From an uncultured Planctomycetia bacterium (GTDB taxonomy: Bacteria > Omnitrophota > Gorgyraeia > Duberdicusellales > 4484-171): DNA of 32,000 nt. Within the stretch, counting starts at the first letter, position 1. Every line of letters starts with the position of its first letter. The translations under genes were made by a program, and so were the position numbers. Under the pieces are notes generated by a model. The model was not told where the DNA came from. It was given only the letters and a program-made list of their open reading frames with translations, and searched no databases. Below are positions 1 to 8,081 of the stretch, piece after piece. The DNA is taken from NCBI GenBank assembly GCA_964536865.1, contig CAZHYN010000013.1, positions 14,513-46,512 of the forward strand. Direction: 5' to 3'.

Positions 1-18
1 AAGAGAGATCACAGTAAA

Positions 19-1380
19 ATGAAAAGAATCATCTTTTTCCTCTCTTTCTTTTTCATTCTTTCCCTCTTCCTTTTATTTCTCTTTTTTTCATTTTATCAGT
101 CAAATATTTTTCAAGAAAGTATAGCTAACTTAGAAGAAGGGTTAAAAAGAGTTAGCTACCTTTTTGTGGAATCTAAATTATTTAATAAAAAATTAAAGGG
201 AGATAATGAAAAGCTTTCTCAGGAGTTGAAAAAGTTAAGTGAAGAGAATACTTCCTTAAAAGAGCATATAGAAGAGTTAGACGAACGTATCACTACCCTT
301 AAAGATACTAATAGAGAGCTAATTAGAAAAGTTAAAGAGTTGACTGAAGAAAACAGACGTTTAAAAGAAGCTTTAGCTAAGTTGAAAGCTCAGTTACCTA
401 AAGTATCCTTTAAGAAAGGAGAGAAAGTTTGTCCTGGTTTGGGAGGAGTGAGTTTAGATCCTAAAGAGAGAAAATATATTGAGTTCATTATTCAGAGTAT
501 CTACAAGGAGTTAGATTCTTTAGGGACCAATGTGAATAGATTAGCTCAAGATGCTTCATCCTATAAGAACAAATTCTTAAGAAAAGATGGGGAACTTAAA
601 AAGAAGATTGAAGAAATTGAAAGTCTTCATAAGGAGCTTCAGCATTTTAGAGAGGAGAATATGGAGATGTTAGCTAAGCTGGGCACTTTAGAAAAAGAAA
701 AGCAAAAGTATGTGGAAAAGATAAATTTACTTAGTAAGGAAAATCAAAATTTGAAAGATAATTTAAACAGCTTTAAGAAAGAAAAAGAGGTAATGATGTC
801 CTACATAGAGGATTTGAAAAAGAGAAGTACTTTTACAAAGTCGGAGAGGAAGAATTTAGAGAAGACTATAAATGACTTAAAGAGTGAACTCCAGCTTAAG
901 ATAGAGCATATAAAATCTCTGGAAAGAGAAATTGTTCAATTGAAGGAGGATTATCAAAGGACTATTAATCAGCATGAGATAGCTAAGGGGAAAATAGAAG
1001 AAGTAGAGAGAGAAATGGAGAGAAGAGCGGACAGGATACTAAAACTGGAGAATGAATTGAGAAGTAAGGAGGTATCCATAAAGGAATTAAATAGCAAACT
1101 AAAGAGACAGTTAAAGGAATTAGCTAGTTTAAGAGAATCTGTAGTAAAAGTTAGATTAGAAAATGCTTCTCTCTATAAGGAATTGGAGGCTAAAGAAGCA
1201 GCTTTTAATTCTTTAAAAAAACAGTTAGAAAAAATAGGTCAGTTAAGTACACAGTTTAGAGAGCAAGTTAACAAAGTTTCACAGTTATTTACCTCTCCAG
1301 AGGAAAGTCAAAAGGAGGAAGAACCTGGCGAGAAAAAGATAGAGGTGGAGATAGAATCTATAGAAAGTAAAGAGAAGTAA
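19..1380 (+). CDS. membrane-anchored coiled-coil protein, function unknown
   Basis: 453-aa ORF with ATG start. N-terminal hydrophobic helix (IIFFLSFFFILSLFLLFLFF) followed by about 400 aa of Lys/Glu/Leu-rich heptad-like sequence. First gene of the string leading into pilB. Confidence 0.6.
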   Translation: MKRIIFFLSFFFILSLFLLFLFFSFYQSNIFQESIANLEEGLKRVSYLFVESKLFNKKLKGDNEKLSQELKKLSEENTSLKEHIEELDERITTLKDTNRELIRKVKELTEENRRLKEALAKLKAQLPKVSFKKGEKVCPGLGGVSLDPKERKYIEFIIQSIYKELDSLGTNVNRLAQDASSYKNKFLRKDGELKKKIEEIESLHKELQHFREENMEMLAKLGTLEKEKQKYVEKINLLSKENQNLKDNLNSFKKEKEVMMSYIEDLKKRSTFTKSERKNLEKTINDLKSELQLKIEHIKSLEREIVQLKEDYQRTINQHEIAKGKIEEVEREMERRADRILKLENELRSKEVSIKELNSKLKRQLKELASLRESVVKVRLENASLYKELEAKEAAFNSLKKQLEKIGQLSTQFREQVNKVSQLFTSPEESQKEEEPGEKKIEVEIESIESKEK

Positions 1381-1389
1381 GTATTAAGT

Positions 1390-2109
1390 ATGAAGAGGAG
1401 AACTACTGATTGTTTTTATTTTGTTATTCGTAGGATTATTGAGTTTTTGGTCTTAGGGATGTTTCTTTTGTTGTTATTTGGAATTCTCTGTGAGAGAGGG
1501 GTGTACTGTAAAGAAGATAATGATAGCATGGCGATTGCTAATACCTACTACTTAAAAGGTAAAGAGTTTCTTCTTAAAGGAGAGTATCAGAAGGCTGACG
1601 AAGCTTTTAAGAAAGCGGAGAAGATTTTAAATAAAAAATCTTCTAAAAAAAAGGAAAGGCTCTCTCTAAGAAAGTCGGATTCCAAAAGAAGGAAGATTTC
1701 TTCTAAGATATCACCCTCTAATTTAGAGGCAGAGAGAAGGAAGATAGAGACTATTCTGGAGGCAGCAAAACAAGCTTACTTTGAAGGGAATTTAGAGTTA
1801 GCTTTAAGGCTGTATACCAGAGTGTTAAGAAAGTATCCTACCGATGCTGATCTTTACTACAATTTAGGAGTTATTTATCTAAAAAAAGCGGATTACCTTA
1901 GTGCTGCTGAGGAATTTAAAAGAGCAATTCTTTTAGATCCTAGCGATGCTGATGCTTACTATAATTTAGGAGTGATCTATGAGAATTTTCTCAATGATAA
2001 GGAAAAGGCTATTAGTCACTACCAGAGTTATTTGAAATTGTGCACTTCTGAAGAAGAAAAGAGGGAGATTAAAAGATGGATAGAGAGGCTTAGAAGGGAA
2101 GGACGATGA
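1390..2109 (+). CDS. TPR repeat protein with N-terminal hydrophobic segment
   Basis: 239-aa ORF. Repeated TPR signatures (ADLYYNLGVIYLKKADYLSAAEEFKRAILLDPSDADAYYNLGVIYE), an N-terminal TM/signal-like segment and an ATGA overlap with pilB. Confidence 0.7.
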   Translation: MKRRTTDCFYFVIRRIIEFLVLGMFLLLLFGILCERGVYCKEDNDSMAIANTYYLKGKEFLLKGEYQKADEAFKKAEKILNKKSSKKKERLSLRKSDSKRRKISSKISPSNLEAERRKIETILEAAKQAYFEGNLELALRLYTRVLRKYPTDADLYYNLGVIYLKKADYLSAAEEFKRAILLDPSDADAYYNLGVIYENFLNDKEKAISHYQSYLKLCTSEEEKREIKRWIERLRREGR

Positions 2110-3923
2110 ATGACGAGGAGTTAAAAGATATTCTTTTGCAAGCGAATTTACTCACTCCTCAGGATATTGAGAGGGCAATTGAGGAGACTAAAAAGCTTAA
2201 GCGCCCTCTAGAACAGGTAATTTTGGATATGCGCCTTTTAGACAGAGAAGTTCTTTACAGAACCATAGCTCAAAAACTAGAAGTAGAGTATAAAAAAATA
2301 GATAATTTAACTGTTCCTAAAGAGCTGTTAAGAATATATCCTGAAGATTTAGCCCGTTCTACTAAGTCTGTACCTTTGTTTATAAAAGAAGGGACTCTTC
2401 ATGTTGCTTTAGCTAATCCACAAGATTTTACTTTAACTGATCAGATTCAGTTATTTACCAACTATCCTCTCTTTGTGTATCTCTCTTCCCCTCAGGAGAT
2501 TGAAGAAGCTATTAACCGTATTTATCGTGAAGAGAAAGAGGAGATACTTTTTACTGATTTAGAAACACCTCCTACGGTGAGCCCTAAAAAAGAAGAGGAG
2601 AGTAAGCCTTTAAGTGAGACTACCTCTATCATAAAGGTGGTAGATTTACTTATCACTCAAGCAGTAAGAGACAGAGCTAGTGATATTCATATTGAGCCAG
2701 AGGAAAGTGTTACTAGGATAAGATTTAGAATAGATGGAATTCTTCACGAAGTACCTCCTCCTCCTAAAGAGTGGGAATCAGCTATAATTTCTCGGATAAA
2801 AGTCTTAGCAGGGATGGATATTGCAGAGTCCCGTTCTCCTCAGGATGGTCATTTTCAGGCCACTATAGATGATAAACTTATTGATTTCCGTGTTTCTACC
2901 TTACCTACTATCCATGGGGAAAATGTAGTATTAAGGCTGTTGGATACTGCTTCCGTAGCTATAGGTTTGGAAAAGTTAGGGTTTACCACCCCTCAAGACT
3001 TAAAGAAGTATGAAGAGCTAATTACCAAACCTTATGGAATAATTCTTTCTACAGGTCCTACAGGATGTGGTAAGACTACCACTTTATACTCTGCTTTAAT
3101 GAGAATAAATACCATGGATAAAAATATTATTACTTTAGAAGATCCTGTGGAGTATCGTTTAGGTTTAATAAGGCAGGTTCAGGTTAATCCTAAAGCAGGA
3201 ATTACCTTTGCTAATGGTTTGAGAGCAATCCTTCGTCAGGACCCCGATGTAATAATGGTAGGAGAGATAAGAGATTTAGAGACTGCACGAATGGCTGTTC
3301 AAGCAGCGTTAACAGGACATCTAGTATTTTCTACCCTTCATACTAACGATGCTCCCAGTGCAGTCGCTCGCCTGATAGATATGGGAGTAGAGGACTTTTT
3401 GGTTGCTGCGTCTTTAATAGGAGTTATGGCTCAGAGACTGGTGAGGGTTATCTGTCTTAAGTGCAAAGAAGCGTATAAACCCTCACCTACCATACTTAAG
3501 AAGTGGCGGATAGAAAAAGAAGATGTGGAAGTTTACCGAGCTGAAGGGTGTCCGGAGTGCAAAGGAACTGGTTACCGAGGTAGAACAGGAATATTTGAAC
3601 TAATGGTGGTTGATGATGAAATAAAAGAGATGATTAATCAGGGAGCTTCCACAGTAGCTTTAAGAAAAAAAGCTCAAGAGAAAGGAATGCGTCTTCTTTG
3701 GGAAGATGGGAGAGAAAAAGTTTTGAGAGGGATCACTACCTTTGAGGAAGTAGCTAGGGTTTGTGAGGAACAAATCGAAGTTAAACCTGCAAAGATAGAA
3801 GTAAAGCCTTACTTAGGAAAAGAAATAGAAGTAAAAAGAGCTACTGTTAGAGAGGTGAAAATTGACCCTAAGGCTTTAGAAGAGTACCGTGCCCGTATTG
3901 CTCGCTGGATGAAGAATGAGTAA
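2106..3923 (+). CDS. pilB: type IV pilus assembly / T2SS ATPase (GspE/PilB family)
   Basis: 605 aa. N-terminal T2SSE_N-type domain, Walker A GPTGCGKTT, Asp box VGEIRD, His box TGHLVFSTLHTN and tetracysteine CLKC...CPEC. Followed by pilC. Carries a 53-aa C-terminal tail beyond the usual family end. Confidence 0.9.
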   Translation: MNDEELKDILLQANLLTPQDIERAIEETKKLKRPLEQVILDMRLLDREVLYRTIAQKLEVEYKKIDNLTVPKELLRIYPEDLARSTKSVPLFIKEGTLHVALANPQDFTLTDQIQLFTNYPLFVYLSSPQEIEEAINRIYREEKEEILFTDLETPPTVSPKKEEESKPLSETTSIIKVVDLLITQAVRDRASDIHIEPEESVTRIRFRIDGILHEVPPPPKEWESAIISRIKVLAGMDIAESRSPQDGHFQATIDDKLIDFRVSTLPTIHGENVVLRLLDTASVAIGLEKLGFTTPQDLKKYEELITKPYGIILSTGPTGCGKTTTLYSALMRINTMDKNIITLEDPVEYRLGLIRQVQVNPKAGITFANGLRAILRQDPDVIMVGEIRDLETARMAVQAALTGHLVFSTLHTNDAPSAVARLIDMGVEDFLVAASLIGVMAQRLVRVICLKCKEAYKPSPTILKKWRIEKEDVEVYRAEGCPECKGTGYRGRTGIFELMVVDDEIKEMINQGASTVALRKKAQEKGMRLLWEDGREKVLRGITTFEEVARVCEEQIEVKPAKIEVKPYLGKEIEVKRATVREVKIDPKALEEYRARIARWMKNE

Positions 3924-3948
3924 AGTTAACTTTTTGTTAGTTTAAGCT

Positions 3949-5211
3949 ATGGGTATCTATATCTATAAAGCAGTTGATGCCAAAGGTAAGATAGTAAAGG
4001 GAAAGATCGAAGCACCTACAGAGACTGATGTTTCTATCCAATTAGCTAAGCTAGGGTATATTCCTATAAGTATAGGATTTAAGGGAGAAAAAGCTCCTCC
4101 TTTAAGAGAACGGTTATTTAAAAAAAGATTTCGTAGAACTTCTTCTCATGCTTTAGTAGTATTTACTCGGCAATTTGCTACTATGGTGAAGGCAGCGGTT
4201 CCCATTGTTGAGGGGTTAAAGGTACTGGCTGAGCAAGCCGAGGATGATAATTTAAAAGAAGCTCTTTTCAGAGTAATTGAAGATATAGAGGAGGGAAAGA
4301 AGCTATCCGAAGCCTTAACAAAACATCCCGGAGTATTTAGCCAGCTCTACGTTAATACTGTGGTAGCAGGGGAGGTAGGAGGAGTGTTAGATAAAGTTCT
4401 TTTAAGGTTAGCAAATGTTTTAGAGGAAGAACAAGAGATAAAAATGAATATGAAATCTGCACTAAGATACCCTATAATAGTAATGGTAGCTCTCATTATT
4501 GCTGTAATTATTCTCTCTGTAAGAGTGGTACCTACTTTTGCTAAAGTTTATTCTAGGATGAATATAAGCTTACCTCTTCCTACTCGGATAATGATTCTTA
4601 TGAGTAATTTTTTTCTCGGCCCCTGGAGAGACAGTTCTAACTTTTTGTTAAAAATTCTATGGTTTATGATTCTTCTTGGTATAGCTGTAGGGGCATTTTT
4701 ATCTTTTAAATTATTCATAACTACTCCTGGAGGAAGACGTTGGTGGGATAATGCTAAATTTAGAATGTATATATTTGGGAAAATCTATAAAAAAATAACT
4801 ATGCTTAGGTTTGCTTCAATGCTCAATGTGCTTTATCAGGCAGGACTTCCCATTCTTAATATTCTGGATGTTGTAAAAATCACTATTGGGAACGTGGTGT
4901 TAGCTAAAGAGTTGGATAATGTAAAAAGGTTTGTAGCTGATGGTAAAGGAATTTCTGGAGGTCTTTTAGGTAGCAAATTATTTCCCCCACTAGTTTCTTA
5001 TATGGTCTCTGTAGGAGAAAAGGCAGGGGCATTATCTACTATGCTTGATTCTCTATGTGAGTACTATTCCTTAGAAGTAAGAACTTCTCTAAAAAACTTA
5101 ACCTCTTTGATTGAGCCTATTATGACTTTAGTTTTAGGGGTAGTGATAGGAGGAATGGCTTTAGCGATATTCCTGCCTATGTGGAATTTGATTTCTATTA
5201 TCCGAAGATAA
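3949..5211 (+). CDS. pilC: type IV pilus / T2SS inner-membrane platform protein (GspF/PilC family)
   Basis: 420 aa with two T2SSF-like halves, hydrophobic segments in the expected positions and a typical C-terminal end (GMALAIFLPMWNLISII). Adjacent to pilB. Confidence 0.9.
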   Translation: MGIYIYKAVDAKGKIVKGKIEAPTETDVSIQLAKLGYIPISIGFKGEKAPPLRERLFKKRFRRTSSHALVVFTRQFATMVKAAVPIVEGLKVLAEQAEDDNLKEALFRVIEDIEEGKKLSEALTKHPGVFSQLYVNTVVAGEVGGVLDKVLLRLANVLEEEQEIKMNMKSALRYPIIVMVALIIAVIILSVRVVPTFAKVYSRMNISLPLPTRIMILMSNFFLGPWRDSSNFLLKILWFMILLGIAVGAFLSFKLFITTPGGRRWWDNAKFRMYIFGKIYKKITMLRFASMLNVLYQAGLPILNILDVVKITIGNVVLAKELDNVKRFVADGKGISGGLLGSKLFPPLVSYMVSVGEKAGALSTMLDSLCEYYSLEVRTSLKNLTSLIEPIMTLVLGVVIGGMALAIFLPMWNLISIIRR

Positions 5212-6021
5212 GTGATTTTTGGTTTTTTAATAGGAATAGTTATTCTAATAATTTATATTATTATCTCTTCCTGGTGGTGGAGAAGAAAATTACATTTTTA
5301 TGTTAAAAAATCTCGAGAAGAGGAAGCTAGACTCATTCATCTAGAGAAAATGGCCTCTTTAGGAACTTTAGCTGCTGGAGTAGCTCATGAGATTAATAAT
5401 CCTTTGACCTTTCTTCTTACTAATCTAGGACTCCTTTCTCACTATATAAAAGAGGAGAAGAGAGTCAAAGAAGAGTTACAAAAAGAAATAAGTGTAATTT
5501 TAGATGAGTGTAACGAAGGAGTGAATAGAATAAAGAGGATTGTTCAAGATCTGCTTTCTTTTTCTCACCGCTCACGAGGTAAAAAAGTTTCTACAAACAT
5601 CAATGAGTTGCTGGATGTAAGTATAAGAATTCTATGGAATGAGATAAAGTATAAGGTTGATATAGTAAAAAATTATGAAGCAGTAACTCCTCTTCGGATA
5701 GATCCTAATCAACTAAGTCAAGTATTTTTAAATATAATCATCAACGCTACTCATGCAGTAAAGAATAAAGGGACAATTTTTCTTTCTACCCAAGAGAATG
5801 AGAAGGAATTTATCATTAAGGTTTCTGATACAGGAGAAGGAATTCCTAAAGAAGTTCTTCCCAAGATTTTTGAACCTTTCTTTACTACTAAGGGAGGTAC
5901 GGGTTTAGGACTCTATGTAAGCAAAAATATTGTGGAGAATATGGGGGGTAGGATAGAAGTAGAAACTCAATTGGGAGAGGGTAGTACATTCACTATTTTT
6001 CTGCCTAAAGTTAAAAAATAA
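5212..6021 (+). CDS. sensor histidine kinase (one TM helix, no obvious sensor domain)
   Basis: H-box AHEINNPL, N-box NIIINATHA, G1 DTGEGI and G2 GGTGLGL. GTG start directly abuts the pilC stop codon. Confidence 0.85.
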   Translation: MIFGFLIGIVILIIYIIISSWWWRRKLHFYVKKSREEEARLIHLEKMASLGTLAAGVAHEINNPLTFLLTNLGLLSHYIKEEKRVKEELQKEISVILDECNEGVNRIKRIVQDLLSFSHRSRGKKVSTNINELLDVSIRILWNEIKYKVDIVKNYEAVTPLRIDPNQLSQVFLNIIINATHAVKNKGTIFLSTQENEKEFIIKVSDTGEGIPKEVLPKIFEPFFTTKGGTGLGLYVSKNIVENMGGRIEVETQLGEGSTFTIFLPKVKK

Positions 6022-6042
6022 TTTCTTTAAGAGAAAAGTGCT

Positions 6043-6396
6043 ATGGGAGTAGAGAAAAGAAAGTATCCTAGGGTTAAGGTTAAGTTTTCCGTAGAGTATA
6101 GGGGGAAGAATGTTTGGCAAAACGCTGAGATTGACAATATCTCCAGAGGGGGGATGTTTATTGTTACGGAGAAGATAGAGCCACCAGGAACAAATATAGA
6201 GCTTATTTTTGAACTAGGAGAAAGTAAGAGGAAGATCCAAGCTCAAGGAGTAGTGGTGTGGACACGTACTCAATCTCAGCACAATCATGAAGGTAGGCTT
6301 CTCCCTCAGGGTATGGGAGTCCAATTCACCAAAATTTTCCCTGGAGAAGCAGAAAATTTTTTGGCTGATTTAATAGAGAAGTGGAGAGATGGATAA
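6043..6396 (+). CDS. PilZ domain protein (c-di-GMP receptor type)
   Basis: 117 aa with both canonical PilZ motifs: RKYPR (RxxxR) and NISRGG ((D/N)xSxxG). Confidence 0.85.
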   Translation: MGVEKRKYPRVKVKFSVEYRGKNVWQNAEIDNISRGGMFIVTEKIEPPGTNIELIFELGESKRKIQAQGVVVWTRTQSQHNHEGRLLPQGMGVQFTKIFPGEAENFLADLIEKWRDG

Positions 6397-6961
6397 ACAT
6401 ACTATTCTCGTTGTAGATGATGAGCCTAATATAGTTTCTTCCCTAAAGAGGGTTCTTGCCTCCGAGGATAGAGAGATTTTATCTGCCTATAGTGCTGAAG
6501 AGGCTTGGAGGCTTCTTCAAGAGAAGGGAGAAGTAGAGGTAATTATTTGTGATAATAAATTACCGGGAGCCTCTGGCGTAGAATTCCTTTCCAAAGTAAA
6601 AACTGCTCATCCCCACACAGTAAGAATTCTTATTACTGGTTATCCTGATTTGACCAGTGTTGCAGAGGCAATAGATAAGGCAGGCATCTGGCGGTACCTC
6701 TTAAAGCCTGTAGAGATAGAGGAGTTAAAAACTTTAGTAAACCAGGCTTTTGGTTACTATAGGATTTTAAAAGAAAATCAAATTCTTTTTGATATCGTTT
6801 GTCAACAAGCGGAGTGGCTTAAGGTATTAAGAGAAAAGTATCCTGAGATTGTGTCCCGGGAAGTAGAAGAAGGGAAGATAATTGATATAGAATGGAGAGA
6901 AGCTTCTGACACAGTTAGAAAATTCATAGAAAAGTACTACCTTCACAAAAAAGGAGAATGA
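6389..6961 (+). CDS. response regulator, receiver domain plus short C-terminal extension without a recognisable output domain
   Basis: VVDDEPN acidic pocket, phospho-acceptor context IICDNKLPG, ILITG and LLKP. The C-terminal region of about 70 aa is unassigned. 8-nt overlap with the PilZ gene. Confidence 0.85.
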   Translation: MDKHTILVVDDEPNIVSSLKRVLASEDREILSAYSAEEAWRLLQEKGEVEVIICDNKLPGASGVEFLSKVKTAHPHTVRILITGYPDLTSVAEAIDKAGIWRYLLKPVEIEELKTLVNQAFGYYRILKENQILFDIVCQQAEWLKVLREKYPEIVSREVEEGKIIDIEWREASDTVRKFIEKYYLHKKGE

Positions 6962-7770
6962 AAGAGTTAGAAAAAAGATTGGTAAAAGAAGGATGGGTTA
7001 CCTCTGCTCAACTTATAAAAGCTAAGGAAGAGCAGAAGAAAAAAAAGAAGAAATCCTTATTCTCTGTTTTAGTAACTTTGGGATATCTAAGTGAAGAGGA
7101 TATTTACCTATTCTTTGCTCAGAGTGCTCAGATACCTTTTGTAAGGCCAGGCGATTATCTTTCAGATGAAGAACTTTTTAATCTTTTTTCCGAAGACTTC
7201 TATCGGGAGCATCTTTTTGTTCCTCTCTTTAGAATAGGAAATACTCTTTACATTGGGACTGCTAATCCCCTGGATACAGAGTTTATGGATACCTTAAGGA
7301 AGCATACTAATTTAGATATCTTTCCTCTATTTGCCTCTCCTTCTTCTATCTTAGAGGCAATAAATCGTGTATTTGGGCCAGAGAAAGTATACTTACAGTT
7401 AGAGGAGTTAGTTAGTTTCTCTCCTTCATTAAGTATACTACCCTTAGGAAGAGAATCTGAAAGGATAGTGATAAATACACCTGTAGAGTTTAAAGTTATT
7501 GACAAGAGGATAACTTTAGCATCTTCTCAATATCTAAAGGGAACTGCTTTGAATATTTCTCAAAGTGGTAAGGGGGTAGGGATAAGGACTTTTCTTTTTC
7601 TTCCTTCTGGAGCAAAGATTCTTCTAAAGTTTCCTTCATTCGATCCTAATTGTGAATTAGAAGCAGAGATAACCCACTGCAGAATGGAACAAGGTTATTA
7701 TTTCTTAGGAGTGAAATTTCTCCAAACAAGAAAAGATTTATTAAGATATTTATTGGAAGAAAAAAAATAA
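6958..7770 (+). CDS. T2SSE_N (GspE/MshE N-terminal-like) domain fused to a C-terminal PilZ domain
   Basis: The N-terminal ~140 aa resemble the pilB N-domain (LGYLSEEDIYLFFAQSAQIPFV...LYIGTANPLD...ILEAINRVFG). The C-terminal half has RESER (RxxxR) and NISQSG (NxSxxG). ATGA overlap with the response regulator. Confidence 0.75.
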   Translation: MKELEKRLVKEGWVTSAQLIKAKEEQKKKKKKSLFSVLVTLGYLSEEDIYLFFAQSAQIPFVRPGDYLSDEELFNLFSEDFYREHLFVPLFRIGNTLYIGTANPLDTEFMDTLRKHTNLDIFPLFASPSSILEAINRVFGPEKVYLQLEELVSFSPSLSILPLGRESERIVINTPVEFKVIDKRITLASSQYLKGTALNISQSGKGVGIRTFLFLPSGAKILLKFPSFDPNCELEAEITHCRMEQGYYFLGVKFLQTRKDLLRYLLEEKK

Positions 7771-7812
7771 TTTTCATAACTCTCTGATATTAAAGAGATA
7801 ATGAAAGCGGAG

Positions 7813-7842
7813 TTGACAGAGCAGAATTTTATATGTTATACT
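7813..7842 (+). promoter_or_regulatory. candidate sigma70-type promoter for the riboswitch transcript
   Basis: TTGACA (7813-7818), 18-nt spacer, TATACT (7837-7842), about 40 nt upstream of the aptamer closing helix. Confidence 0.4.
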
Positions 7843-7882
7843 TAAATTGAAGCTCTTTATATTAAGGATTTATACTTTTATT

Positions 7883-8068
7883 ATACTACTCGACAAAGGC
7901 AAACTCGTGGTAACACGAGGGCGCAAAGCCGTGCGTCCCGCTCTTTCTAAGACCCAGATTAACAGGGGTTTGAAGTTAAAGTGCATAAGGGATGCAGAGG
8001 CAGGTAAACTGCAGGATTTAACTAGAAATATGAAAAGGGCGGGATAGGCAGGTTGCCGAAAGTAGTAT
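7883..8068 (+). promoter_or_regulatory. c-di-GMP-I (GEMM-I)-like riboswitch aptamer with an enlarged second arm
   Basis: 7895-7930 reads AAAGGCAAAC-UCGUG-GUAA-CACGA-GGGCGCAAAGCC, the GEMM-I core with a GNRA-capped hairpin. 8041-8059 reads GGGAUAGGCAGGUUGCCGA, which matches the 3' junction of known GEMM-I RNAs. An 8-bp closing helix joins 7883-7890 and 8061-8068. Confidence 0.7.
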
Positions 8069-8081
8069 TTATTTTTTATTT

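Noticed and set aside
2106-2300. Intact MshEN-type c-di-GMP binding motif in the PilB N-terminus
   Set aside because: By eye the 24-residue motif (RLGxxLVxxGLLxxxxLxxxLxxQ) is poorly matched. ELKDILLQANLLTPQDIERAIEET lacks the Arg, both Gly and the Gln. I therefore do not claim c-di-GMP binding by PilB itself.
7847-8047. 66-aa ORF in the pilin-upstream intergenic region
   Set aside because: It lies entirely on the GEMM-I-like aptamer, has a TTG start with no RBS, and its product is basic and low-complexity. The RNA-structure explanation accounts for the sequence conservation pattern better.
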